From: an uncultured Croceitalea sp.
Lineage (GTDB): Bacteria; Bacteroidota; Bacteroidia; Flavobacteriales; Flavobacteriaceae
Direction: 5' to 3' (one strand)
DNA: 64,000 nucleotides
Assembly: GCF_947499565.1 (NCBI RefSeq)
Contig: NZ_CANMOV010000006.1
Shown here: piece by piece, positions 38,368 to 47,897 of the stretch
Numbering within the stretch: position 1 is the first letter of the stretch
Layout: every line of letters starts with the position of its first letter
Position numbers and translations under genes: made by a program
Notes under the pieces: model-generated
What the model was told of the DNA's origin: nothing
What the model saw: the letters and a program-made list of their open reading frames with translations, nothing else
Databases searched by the model: none

Positions 38368-38952
38368 ATGAAAAACATTAAATTTCTTGCCTTGCCTTTA
38401 CTTGCGGTCTTATTTTTAAGTTCCTGCGTCTCTGTACGTGTAGTTTCTGATTATGATCGCGAAACTGACTTTAAAGAATATAAGACCTATGCGTTTTACA
38501 AAACTGGAATTGATAAAGCTCAAATTTCTGACCTTGACAAAAAACGAATTCTAAAAGCTATAGATTTAGAAATGTCTTCTCGTGGTTTTACCAAGTCACA
38601 AAACCCCGATATACTGGTGAGCATATTTACTAAAGAACGTGAACAAGTAGATGTTTACAACAACAACTTTGGCTGGGGCGGCTGGGGTTGGGGCTGGGGA
38701 GGTTTCTACAGTCCATGGGCCTGGGGTCCTGGTTTTGGTTGGGGCGGTGGCTTTGGTCCTAACGTATCTACGAGAACAGAAGGCTCCTTATATATAGACC
38801 TTATTGATACCAAAAGCAAGGAACTAGTTTGGCAAGGTCGTGGTGCAGGTACCTTAAATAATACTAAAAACATTGAAAAGAAAGAAGAGCGTATTAAAGA
38901 ATTTGTTTCTCAAATTCTTGAAGCATATCCCCCTGCAATAGCAGCTAATTAA
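38368..38952 (+). CDS. DUF4136 lipoprotein
   Basis: Lipobox FLSSC; DFKEYKTYAF; Gly/Trp-rich loop; EGSLYIDLID...LVWQG. Confidence 0.88.
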   Translation: MKNIKFLALPLLAVLFLSSCVSVRVVSDYDRETDFKEYKTYAFYKTGIDKAQISDLDKKRILKAIDLEMSSRGFTKSQNPDILVSIFTKEREQVDVYNNNFGWGGWGWGWGGFYSPWAWGPGFGWGGGFGPNVSTRTEGSLYIDLIDTKSKELVWQGRGAGTLNNTKNIEKKEERIKEFVSQILEAYPPAIAAN

Positions 38953-38971
38953 TACGCATACTTCAGAAGTG

Positions 38972-39035
38972 AGCGAAGTAGTTGCATAACTAAGTTTGAG
39001 TGTTTATGTGGCAAAAGTGAAACAACTACTTCGCT
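38972..39035. repeat. 13-bp perfect inverted repeat with a 38-nt spacer
   Basis: AGCGAAGTAGTTG (38972-38984) / CAACTACTTCGCT (39023-39035). Confidence 0.6.
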
Positions 39036-39122
39036 TTATTTTATAAAAAGGATTAGGCATTAACCTAGACTTTTTTCATCTCGATGTATTCCTCTTAAAG
39101 TATGCTATCGCAGTACTTATAG

Positions 39123-41189
39123 CTAATACTCCAAAAGCGCTATAAGTTTATTTTTTATCTTCTCTGTAGAAGGAATCATTGTAGTTTCCAAGGTTGAATT
39201 TAATGGTATTGCCGGTAAGTTCTCACTACCAATAGTCATTACTGGAGCATCTAAATAGGTAAAACATTCTTCTTGTATTTTGCCTGCCAATGCTCTAGCA
39301 AAACTATTGTTGGAAGGTTCTTCCGTAACTACTAAACATTTCCCTGTTTTTTTAACCGATGTCATTACAGTAGCCTCATCCAATGGTGCTAAAGTTCTTA
39401 AATCGATTACCTCAACTTTACTGCGCAACCCTTTTGAAGCATTCATAGCCCAATGCACACCCATCCCATAACTTACAATGGTTACGGTTTCTTCATTCTC
39501 TTGTTTCCATATTTCCTGTAAGACATTAGCTTTCCCAAAAGGCAAAACGTAATCTTCTGATGGTTCTATTGAAGTTGCACCTTTTGTTCCTGGTACTTTA
39601 CTCCAGTACAAGCCTTTATGCTCTAAAATAACTACCGGATTGGGATCATAATATGCTGCTTTAAGCAAGCCCTTAAGGTCAGCTCCATTGCTTGGGTAAG
39701 CAATTTTAATGCCTCTTATATTGGTAATCACACTTTCTACGGACGAAGAGTGGTAAGGCCCTCCACTGCCATAAGCGCCAATTGGGACTCTTAAAATCAT
39801 ACTAACTGGCCATTTTCCATTGGACAGATAGCAGCTTCTACTTACTTCTGTAAAGAGCTGATTCAGCCCTGGCCAGATATAGTCTGCAAACTGCACTTCT
39901 ACAATGGGTTTGAGTCCTACAGCACTCATCCCAACTGTTGAACCTACAATAAAAGCTTCTTGGATTGGTGTATTAAATACCCTATCATCCCCAAACTTTT
40001 GTGCTAAGGTTGCTGCTTCTCTAAAAACACCGCCTAACCTGCCACCAACATCTTGACCATATAAAAGACATTCCTTGTGTTTTTTCATCAGCTCTTCCAC
40101 GGCAAATAAAGCACAGTCTACCATTACAACTTTTTCTCCATCCACACGCGCTGGGGAGCGCTCTCCAAGTTCTTCCACTATAGGGGTAGGCGCCAAATCA
40201 TGGGTAAACAAATCTTCAGGCCCTGGATCTTGGGCCTGCAAAGCTTTTTCAAAATCGGTTTTTACCTTCTGTTCTGCCTCTGACTCGATATTTTTGATTT
40301 CATCCTCGGTAAAACCATTATCTAAAAGTTGCTGCTTTAATACTGGATATGGATCTCTAGAACGTGCTTCTTCCAAATCGTCTCGATACCATTCCATCCG
40401 AACTCCTGAAGTATGGTGATTTAACAACGGAACTTTAGCATGCACCAAAAATGGTCGTCGTTCTTTTCGGATTGTCTTAATTACTTTTTCCAGGGCTTCA
40501 TAACTTTCTATAAAATTGGCACCATCTATAGAAATAGCTTCCAATCCTTTAAAGCCCTGAGCATATTCATACGCGTTTTGAGCTCTAGTTTCTGCTTCAT
40601 TTGCAGAAATGTCCCAACCATTATCTTGTACTAAATATAGAATAGGCATTTGCTTTAGCGCTGCCATTTGAAAAGCTTCCGCTATTTCACCCTCAGTAAC
40701 CGATGCATCTCCTAAGGAGCATATGGTAATAGGGTTTTCTTTGGAACTACTACTTTTAGTGATAGGATTTTCTAAACCTTGCTTTTCTAGATACTGCATT
40801 CCCATAGCAACACCGGTAGCTGGAATAGTCTGCATTCCAGTTGCTGAAGATTGGTGTGGGATTTTCGGTTTATCATCATCTTTTAAGCTAGGATGCGAAT
40901 AATAAGTTCTTCCTCCAGAGAAGGGGTCTTCTTTTTTGGCTAATAGCTGCAGCATTAAATCATAAGGTTGCATCCCTATTGCAAGCAACATCGCATCATC
41001 CCTATAATACGGAAAGGCATAATCTTGCGGCAGCAATTGCATCCCTAAAGCAATCTGTATGGCTTCATGTCCTCTAGACGTAGCATGCACATATTTGGAG
41101 ACTGTTTTAAAATTCTCCTCGTACAATAGTGTCATCGCCTTGGCAGTGCAAAGTTTGTTAAAACCTATTTTTAATGCTTGTTTCTTCAT
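39123..41189 (-). CDS. 2-oxoacid dehydrogenase E1, fused alpha+beta (branched-chain/aromatic type)
   Basis: TPP motif GDASVTEGE...DN; YGQDVG, FNTPIQE, EVQFADY and HSSS motifs. Confidence 0.93.
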   Translation of the reverse strand: MKKQALKIGFNKLCTAKAMTLLYEENFKTVSKYVHATSRGHEAIQIALGMQLLPQDYAFPYYRDDAMLLAIGMQPYDLMLQLLAKKEDPFSGGRTYYSHPSLKDDDKPKIPHQSSATGMQTIPATGVAMGMQYLEKQGLENPITKSSSSKENPITICSLGDASVTEGEIAEAFQMAALKQMPILYLVQDNGWDISANEAETRAQNAYEYAQGFKGLEAISIDGANFIESYEALEKVIKTIRKERRPFLVHAKVPLLNHHTSGVRMEWYRDDLEEARSRDPYPVLKQQLLDNGFTEDEIKNIESEAEQKVKTDFEKALQAQDPGPEDLFTHDLAPTPIVEELGERSPARVDGEKVVMVDCALFAVEELMKKHKECLLYGQDVGGRLGGVFREAATLAQKFGDDRVFNTPIQEAFIVGSTVGMSAVGLKPIVEVQFADYIWPGLNQLFTEVSRSCYLSNGKWPVSMILRVPIGAYGSGGPYHSSSVESVITNIRGIKIAYPSNGADLKGLLKAAYYDPNPVVILEHKGLYWSKVPGTKGATSIEPSEDYVLPFGKANVLQEIWKQENEETVTIVSYGMGVHWAMNASKGLRSKVEVIDLRTLAPLDEATVMTSVKKTGKCLVVTEEPSNNSFARALAGKIQEECFTYLDAPVMTIGSENLPAIPLNSTLETTMIPSTEKIKNKLIALLEY

Positions 41190-41218
41190 ATTAATTTCCC
41201 AAGAAGTAGGAATCTTTT

Positions 41219-42283
41219 TTAAGCTGTTTCTTTTTCTATTGCCACCATCCAGTTATGTGTATCTGAATATTCCCCTGAACGAATTCCATTTATTTTATCT
41301 AGTACTAACTGTCCTACTTTATTCCCTTTAGTCAGAGTAATAGTCTGGTTTTTATAACCTATTTCATTAATCATGGCGATACCGACAGCCGTTCCTGTGC
41401 CAAAAGCTTCCTCCAAAGTACCCTCTTTTGATGCTCTTAAAAGTTCGTTTATGGTAATTGGATTTTCGTTTACTTGATATCCTTCAGCTTTTAGCAATTC
41501 TATTACACTCTTTCTAGTAATGCCATCTAATATAGCACCGTCTAGGCTTGGGGTATAGAACGTTCCTTTTATCTTAAAAAAGATATTCATTGTTCCAACC
41601 TCTTGAATATAGTTGAAGTCTTTACCATCTAACCACAAAACCTGATTATACCCTTTTTCTTTGGCCAGTTCAGTAGGTCTAATGGCTGCTGCATAATTTC
41701 CTGCTGCTTTTGCCTCTCCTGTTCCCCCTTCAATTGCTCGTATGTATTTAGTCTCCGCATACAATCTTATAGGTTTAGAGAAGAAAGGTCCTGCAGGCGA
41801 GGCCATAATGATAAATTTGTATTTGGTAGAGGCGCGCATTCCAATAAAAGCCTCATCTGCATACATAAAAGGCCTAAGGTAAAGTGCACTTCCTTTTTGG
41901 GGTGGAATCCAGTTTTCTTCTAGCGCTACCAGTTTTTCTAAACCTTCTACAAACAAGTCTTCAGGAAATTCTGGCATCCCCATGCGCCTAGCACTAAAAT
42001 TTAAGCGCGCAGCATTTAATGTTGGTCTAAACAATAAAGGAGTCCCATTTATATGTTTAGTGGCTTTCATACCCTCAAAAATTGCCTGTCCATAATGCAA
42101 TGCCATTGCTGCTGGATGCGTAGGAATTAAAGCCAAAGGTTCTATTCTTGGATTTAACCATTCTCCATTTTCATAATCACAAATAAACATATGATCCGTA
42201 AATGTGGTCCCAAGAGGGATGTTGTTAAAATCCAACAAATCCACTTTAGATGTAGTGGTTTTAGTAATTGAAATATGCCTCAT
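41219..42283 (-). CDS. ilvE: Class IV (branched-chain/aromatic) amino-acid aminotransferase
   Basis: LHYGQAIFEGMKA, GEAKAAGNYA, EVGTMN, ILDGITR and EAFGTGTA motifs; 1-nt overlap with E2. Confidence 0.9.
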   Translation of the reverse strand: MRHISITKTTTSKVDLLDFNNIPLGTTFTDHMFICDYENGEWLNPRIEPLALIPTHPAAMALHYGQAIFEGMKATKHINGTPLLFRPTLNAARLNFSARRMGMPEFPEDLFVEGLEKLVALEENWIPPQKGSALYLRPFMYADEAFIGMRASTKYKFIIMASPAGPFFSKPIRLYAETKYIRAIEGGTGEAKAAGNYAAAIRPTELAKEKGYNQVLWLDGKDFNYIQEVGTMNIFFKIKGTFYTPSLDGAILDGITRKSVIELLKAEGYQVNENPITINELLRASKEGTLEEAFGTGTAVGIAMINEIGYKNQTITLTKGNKVGQLVLDKINGIRSGEYSDTHNWMVAIEKETA

Positions 42284-43587
42284 TAAATTGTTCTATTAGT
42301 ATCAAACTTTTCTAAATAATCTCCCACTCTTCTTAAAAATGAACCCCCCAAATAACCATCCACAACCCTATGATCAAAAGAAAGCGATAAGTACATCATG
42401 CTACGGATAGCTATTTCGTCACCTTTTTCCGTGGTTAGTACTTCTGCTCTTTTTTTGATGATGCCCAGTGCAAGTATGGCAACTTCAGGTTGATTAATAA
42501 TAGGTGTCCCCATTAAACTCCCAAAAGTGCCTACGTTAGAAATGGTAAAAGTGCTTCCCTTAATATCATCTCCACTTAATGTATTCTCCCTGGCTTTTGC
42601 TGCCAGTTTATTTACCTCTGAAGCAAGTTCTTTAAGGTTCTTTTGATTTGCATTTTTTACAACAGGAACAATTAGATTGCCACTTGGTAAAGCTGTAGCC
42701 ATACCAATGTTAATGTCTTCTTTAACAATGATGTTGTTCCCATCAACAGAAACATTAATCATGGGAAAATCCTTAACTGCCTTTGAAACAGCTTCTACAA
42801 ATAATGGTGTAAAGGTTAATCGTTCTCCATATTTTTCCTGGAACTTTTCCTTATTGTCATTTCTCCAATTTACCATATCCGTAAGGTCTGCTTCTACATA
42901 TGCTGTCACATGCGGCGATGTGTGTTTGGAATACACCATATGGTCCGCAATCATTTGGCGCATTCGGTCCATCTCAACAATCTTACCAGTGCCTTTATCT
43001 AGATTTAGTTGCGGAATTCTGTATGCCGTTGGATCAGGTTCTGCCACTGGTTGTACAAATTGGTATGGCCTGCCTTCATTAATATAGTTGAATAAATCGC
43101 TCTTCTTAAGACGGCCATCAGCTCCCGTAGCCGGGATTCTAGCCAACTCTTCATAACTAACATGTTGTTCTTTGGCAATTCCGACAATTAAAGGAGAGTA
43201 AAATGTATTATTTCGTATCGCATTGGAAGTTGCAACAGACTTTACTTTCTTAGTTTTTAATCTTTGTTTAGATGTTGTCTCTTTTGAAATCTGAGCATCG
43301 GATGTTTTCTCCTCTTTAGCAACGCTGCTGCCCTCCGCAACTTCTCCATCTAGTTCTAAAATAGCAATGACCTCTCCTACTTGTACTACATCTTTTGGAT
43401 TAAACAAGGTTTTAACCAAAACACCGGAGGCATTAGCAGGCACTTCGTTATCAACTTTATCGGTAGCAACTTCCAAAAGAATATCACCTTCTTTAAAAGA
43501 ATCACCTTCTTTAACAATCCAATCAATGATTGTTCCCTCCGTAATGCTTTCGCCCATTCTGGGCATTTTTAGTTCCAGCTTCGACAT
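42283..43587 (-). CDS. 2-oxoacid dehydrogenase E2 (dihydrolipoamide acyltransferase)
   Basis: Lipoyl motif EVATDKVDNEV; E3-binding TGADGRLKKSD; catalytic FDHRVVDG. Confidence 0.95.
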   Translation of the reverse strand: MSKLELKMPRMGESITEGTIIDWIVKEGDSFKEGDILLEVATDKVDNEVPANASGVLVKTLFNPKDVVQVGEVIAILELDGEVAEGSSVAKEEKTSDAQISKETTSKQRLKTKKVKSVATSNAIRNNTFYSPLIVGIAKEQHVSYEELARIPATGADGRLKKSDLFNYINEGRPYQFVQPVAEPDPTAYRIPQLNLDKGTGKIVEMDRMRQMIADHMVYSKHTSPHVTAYVEADLTDMVNWRNDNKEKFQEKYGERLTFTPLFVEAVSKAVKDFPMINVSVDGNNIIVKEDINIGMATALPSGNLIVPVVKNANQKNLKELASEVNKLAAKARENTLSGDDIKGSTFTISNVGTFGSLMGTPIINQPEVAILALGIIKKRAEVLTTEKGDEIAIRSMMYLSLSFDHRVVDGYLGGSFLRRVGDYLEKFDTNRTI

Positions 43588-43592
43588 TAGTT

Positions 43593-43610
43593 AACTAGCG
43601 TTTGTTAGTT
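43593..43610. promoter_or_regulatory. PaaR-like operator copy 2, upstream of E2-aminotransferase-E1
   Basis: AACTAGCGTTTGTTAGTT, 16/18 identical to the palindrome at 55685; 5 nt from the E2 start codon. Confidence 0.65.
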
Positions 43611-43647
43611 TATACATTGTATCTTCTTTTTTAAAGAATATCTCGTC

Positions 43648-44244
43648 TTACTTATTCATGAAATCCCTAAGGGTATCATACAAAGCTTCTTGCTTTTTTC
43701 TATCTTCCGGAACTTCTCTCAGAGGTTCTACTGGTTTTAGACTCTCGTGACATTCTGCCGGCAACTTCTGATACAATTGCGTTCCTTTAGTTTTCCAGGC
43801 AATCATATCATCGCTAACTTGTTTTATTACTTTAGCGGGATTCCCAACAACCAAACTACGTTTAGGTATTTTAGTTCCTGCTTTTACGAAAGCCATTGCT
43901 CCTACGATACTCTCATCGCTAATTTCTGCATCATCCATAATTACAGTATTCATCCCCACCAATACATTACGTCCAATATTGGCGCCATGAATAATAGCTC
44001 CATGACCTATATGCGCACTTTCTTTTAAGGTTATAGATTTTCCAGGAAACATATGTACCGTGCAATTTTCTTGTACATTAACGCCATCCTCTAAAACAAT
44101 CTGTCCCCAATCTCCCCTTATAGCAGCTCCTGGTCCTATATAACAGTCTTTTCCAATGATTACATTACCGGTTATAGCAGCCAAAGGATGCACAAAACTA
44201 CTTTCATGTATTACAGGTATGTATCCTTTAAAACTGTATACCAT
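43648..44244 (-). CDS. paaY: PaaY gamma-carbonic-anhydrase-like hexapeptide protein
   Basis: IRGDWG, NVQENCTVH and IGHGAIIHG motifs; paa cluster context. Confidence 0.85.
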   Translation of the reverse strand: MVYSFKGYIPVIHESSFVHPLAAITGNVIIGKDCYIGPGAAIRGDWGQIVLEDGVNVQENCTVHMFPGKSITLKESAHIGHGAIIHGANIGRNVLVGMNTVIMDDAEISDESIVGAMAFVKAGTKIPKRSLVVGNPAKVIKQVSDDMIAWKTKGTQLYQKLPAECHESLKPVEPLREVPEDRKKQEALYDTLRDFMNK

Positions 44245-44246
44245 TA

Positions 44247-44999
44247 CTAATTATATCTTTTCAAGGTTTCTTTGGTAAAATCACTTAAAACTAAGGTTCC
44301 ACTAATGACAGCACGTTCCATAAGTAAAGTATCCCAATCCTCTGTACCTTTCCAAAACATCGCTTTCATTTTAGACATTGCTTCTGGATTGTAGGTACAT
44401 AAGTTTTTAGCAAATGCCAATACCTCTTTATCTAAAGTTGCTGTATCCTCAAAAACTTTAGTAAAAAGCCCCTTATCTCTTGCCCATTCTGCTGGGTAAA
44501 ATGAGTTGGCATCAATAGCAATTTGAGACATTCCACTTAGTCCCAGTTTCCTTTCAACCGCTGGCCCTACTACAAAGGGGCCAATACCAATATTTAACTC
44601 GCTCAATTTTATAGCAGCAAATTTTGTTGCCATGCAATAATCTGTTGCAGAGGCTAATCCAACACCACCACCAACAGTTTTTCCTTGCACTCTACCGATA
44701 ATAAATTTTGGACACTTTCGCATCGCATTAATAACATTAGCAAAGCCTGAAAAAAAGGTTTTACCTGTTTCTGCATCATTAATCGCAACAAGTTCTTTAA
44801 AGCTGGCTCCTGCGCAAAAAGTCCTGTCTCCGCCGCTTTTTAAAACGATTACTTTTATAGCATCATCTTTTCCAGCATTCGTAATTGTTTGCGCTAATTC
44901 TGCCAGAATATCCCCTGGAAGTGAATTATGGGCTGGATGAAAAAATTCTATAAATCCTATCTGTTCCTCAACAGTTAATGTAACATAAGGTGCTGTCAT
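44247..44999 (-). CDS. Enoyl-CoA hydratase/isomerase (possibly the PaaF-equivalent)
   Basis: FCAGASF and GGGVGLASATD crotonase motifs; ATG at 44999. Confidence 0.85.
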   Translation of the reverse strand: MTAPYVTLTVEEQIGFIEFFHPAHNSLPGDILAELAQTITNAGKDDAIKVIVLKSGGDRTFCAGASFKELVAINDAETGKTFFSGFANVINAMRKCPKFIIGRVQGKTVGGGVGLASATDYCMATKFAAIKLSELNIGIGPFVVGPAVERKLGLSGMSQIAIDANSFYPAEWARDKGLFTKVFEDTATLDKEVLAFAKNLCTYNPEAMSKMKAMFWKGTEDWDTLLMERAVISGTLVLSDFTKETLKRYN

Positions 45000-45008
45000 C
45001 ACGCTTTT

Positions 45009-45032
45009 GTGTTCCCGAGTAATCGGGAATCT
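45009..45032 (+). repeat. Family F REP hairpin downstream of GIY-YIG-2
   Basis: GTG-TTCCCGA-gtaa-TCGGGAA-TCT. Confidence 0.8.
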
Positions 45033-45044
45033 ATTTTAAGATTA

Positions 45045-45332
45045 TTATTTCAAAATTTCATATAAATCCGTCCAATCGGGATTCGTTTTTTCTATTAATT
45101 CAATTTTCCAAGCCCTGTTCCATTTCTTCATTTGTTTCTCTTTCAATCTAGCTTCTCCTTCTGTTTTAAATTGTTCAAAGTAAACTACTTTATCCAAATT
45201 ATACCTCGCCGAGAATGTTGTTGGATGAGCTTTAGTTTTATGTTGATATATTCTTGTTTTTAATCTTTTAGTTTTTCCGATATATAGAACACCCCGCTTT
45301 TTATTTGTAATTATGTAAACATAGTGTTTCAA
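45045..45332 (-). CDS. Small stand-alone GIY-YIG nuclease (GIY-YIG_unchar_3-like), copy 2
   Basis: YVY...LYIGKT..LKTRIYQH, KEKQMKKWNRAWKIELIEKTNPDW; TTG start; inserted inside the paa cluster. Confidence 0.92.
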   Translation of the reverse strand: MKHYVYIITNKKRGVLYIGKTKRLKTRIYQHKTKAHPTTFSARYNLDKVVYFEQFKTEGEARLKEKQMKKWNRAWKIELIEKTNPDWTDLYEILK

Positions 45333-45354
45333 AATTTCAATTCTTATTTTAAAC

Positions 45355-45378
45355 GGCTCCCGATGACTCGGGAGTCAC
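45355..45378 (-). repeat. Family F REP hairpin upstream of GIY-YIG-2, inverted relative to 45009
   Basis: The minus strand reads GTGA-CTCCCGA-gtca-TCGGGAG-CC. Confidence 0.8.
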
Positions 45379-45396
45379 CTTGAACAATTCAGTTTG

Positions 45397-47895
45397 TTAT
45401 AGCAAATTGAATTGTTCAAAATGATGATTTAAATGCTTTCGCTCCAATAGCGCCCATTCATATCTATTTAAGAATCCAAAGACAGGGTTTTTTGTTCTTT
45501 CTTCTGGATTTGCATTAAAAAATTCTAAATATTGCTCTCTAGCCTCTAACATCCTTTCTTTTGCTATAGTCAAATTCTCATGCTTGGGGTTATTTATATC
45601 TGATTTTTCAGCTAGGGGAAAATCATAATCATGCGGCATCTTATCATAATTATATAAGGTAGCGTGCACTTTTTCTATAATTTTCTCTGGTGTAGAAATT
45701 TTAAAATCTTGAATTTCTCCTGAAGCAATTCGATAACTATATTCCAAGTGTTCTACCAAGCATTGCGCACTAATATTCCCCCATGTAGGTGTAGTTTTTT
45801 CATCAAGTTTAGCAAAACACTCCTTAATTTTAGTTTCGGTCATTTCTACAAAAGTTTCTTGTTTCTTTTGAACCATGGTGAGGATTGTTGCAATAGCAAC
45901 CAACTCATCTTCTGTGTCAAAAACCTCAACAAACCATTTTACGATACCGCTTGGATGTTCTGCTCCCGCAACATCTCGATCTACTTTTTGCTTACAGGTT
46001 AGTCTTACATAAATGGTATCGTTATGGTAAAGCGGTCTTAGGAAACGACACTCTTCTAAGCCATAGTTTGCAGCAACCGGTCCTTTATTTGGATAAACAA
46101 ATAATCCCGCCGCAGCTGAAATGATAAAATATCCATGCGCGGTACGCTTTTCAAATATGCTCCCATCTAAGGACGTTATATCGGTATGAGCATAAAAATG
46201 GTCCCATGTAACATTTGCAAAGTTGATGATGTCGGTATCGGTCAACGTACGTTTATGTGTTTTTAAGGACATTCCTGCTTCAATATCTTCCCAATGATAT
46301 TTGAACGGGTGTTGTGCCGCTTCTTTATATTTTGCATTGGCCTGATATATTCCGGTAATCTCCGTTAAAGTTGTTGGGGTTCCTTGGATAGCTGTACGTT
46401 GCAAATAATGTTTTATACCACGCATACCACCCATTTCTTCTCCTCCTCCTGCTCTACCTGGGCCTCCATGGACTAGATTAGGCAATGGAGAACCATGTCC
46501 TGTACTTTCCTTGGCGTTTTCTCTATTTAAAACCAAAATACGGCCATGATGACTTGCTGCATTTACTACATATTCCTTAGCAATCTTATCATCAAAAGTG
46601 GTGATTGACGACACTAAAGAACCTTTACCCATTTGTGCCAAAGTAATAGCCTCACCCAAATTCTTATAAGGCATAATGGTACTAACAGGACCAAAAGCTT
46701 CACGCTCGTGGATAATTGTATTCTGAAAAGGATGGTCCGCCCGTAATAAAATTGGGCTAATAAATGCTCCTTTTTTAGCGTCTGCTCCAATAGTTTCAAT
46801 CTTATCTAAATCACCGTAAACTATTTCTGCTTCTTTTGCTAAATCGTTTACAGAATCTCGTACCGCCTGTACCTGTTGTTGACTTACCAAAGAACCCATT
46901 CTTACTTCTTTTAATCTTGGATCTCCAATAGTTACTTTGTCCAATGCCTTTCCAAGAGCAATCTGCACATCCTCAACAAGATTTTCAGGAACTATAATTC
47001 GTCTTATAGCTGTACATTTTTGTCCGGCTTTCACCGTCATCTCCTTTCGCACTTCCTTTACGAACAAATCAAATTCGGGAGTCCCAGGAACTGCATCTTG
47101 TCCTAAAATAGAAGCATTTAAAGAATCTGCTTCCATAGTAAAAGGCACTGCTTCTTCAATCAAACGCGGATGTGCTTTTAACAAACGTCCTGTTGTTGCA
47201 GAACCAGTAAATGTTACCACATCTTGCGATGTTACCGTATCGAGTATCGTTTTAACCGTTCCATTAATAATCTGTAAAGCACCTTCTGGTAAAATGCCTG
47301 AATTTATTATTTCTCTAGCTACTGCTTCTGCTAAATACGAAGAAGACGGTGCAGGTAACACCACAGCTGGCATTCCTGCCATCCAATTGACAGCACATTT
47401 CTCTAACATACCCCAAACAGGAAAGTTAAAGGCGTTAATATGGACAGCTACTCCTTTTTTAGGTACCATAATGTGATGTGCCATAAATCTGCCTCCCCTA
47501 GATAAATCTATAGGGTCTCCTTCCACATGAAACGGTTGATTTGGAAACAGCTTACGCAAAGATGCATTGGCAAAAAGATTACCAAAACCACCTTCTATAT
47601 CAATCCAACTATCTACTCTGGTAGCTCCAGTCCTGTAACTTAAGTCATAAAATGCTTCCTTTCTTTTATTTAAGTAAAGTGCTAGTTTCTTAAGCATATT
47701 ACCTCTTTCTTGGAAAGTCATTTTGCGAAGAACAGCTCCTCCTTTATTTCTTCCATATTCTAAGGTTTCCGGAATATCTAAACCTTCAATAGCGATACTG
47801 GTAAAAGCTTCTCCTGTTACGGCATCAAGAACTGGTGTTCCTTCTTCTTTACCTTCTACCCATTGCCCTTTTATATAATGTGGTACTTTTTTCAT
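45397..47895 (-). CDS. paaZ: PaaZ (ALDH plus MaoC hydratase) with an extra C-terminal DinB/DUF1569-like domain
   Basis: [30 protein letters not shown] and RTAHGYF motifs; extension [13 protein letters not shown]...HLNHHFEQF; ATG 47895. Confidence 0.93.
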   Translation of the reverse strand: MKKVPHYIKGQWVEGKEEGTPVLDAVTGEAFTSIAIEGLDIPETLEYGRNKGGAVLRKMTFQERGNMLKKLALYLNKRKEAFYDLSYRTGATRVDSWIDIEGGFGNLFANASLRKLFPNQPFHVEGDPIDLSRGGRFMAHHIMVPKKGVAVHINAFNFPVWGMLEKCAVNWMAGMPAVVLPAPSSSYLAEAVAREIINSGILPEGALQIINGTVKTILDTVTSQDVVTFTGSATTGRLLKAHPRLIEEAVPFTMEADSLNASILGQDAVPGTPEFDLFVKEVRKEMTVKAGQKCTAIRRIIVPENLVEDVQIALGKALDKVTIGDPRLKEVRMGSLVSQQQVQAVRDSVNDLAKEAEIVYGDLDKIETIGADAKKGAFISPILLRADHPFQNTIIHEREAFGPVSTIMPYKNLGEAITLAQMGKGSLVSSITTFDDKIAKEYVVNAASHHGRILVLNRENAKESTGHGSPLPNLVHGGPGRAGGGEEMGGMRGIKHYLQRTAIQGTPTTLTEITGIYQANAKYKEAAQHPFKYHWEDIEAGMSLKTHKRTLTDTDIINFANVTWDHFYAHTDITSLDGSIFEKRTAHGYFIISAAAGLFVYPNKGPVAANYGLEECRFLRPLYHNDTIYVRLTCKQKVDRDVAGAEHPSGIVKWFVEVFDTEDELVAIATILTMVQKKQETFVEMTETKIKECFAKLDEKTTPTWGNISAQCLVEHLEYSYRIASGEIQDFKISTPEKIIEKVHATLYNYDKMPHDYDFPLAEKSDINNPKHENLTIAKERMLEAREQYLEFFNANPEERTKNPVFGFLNRYEWALLERKHLNHHFEQFNLL

Positions 47896-47897
47896 AA

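Noticed and set aside
38660-38760. Gly/Trp low-complexity stretch
   Set aside because: A normal feature of DUF4136 lipoproteins.
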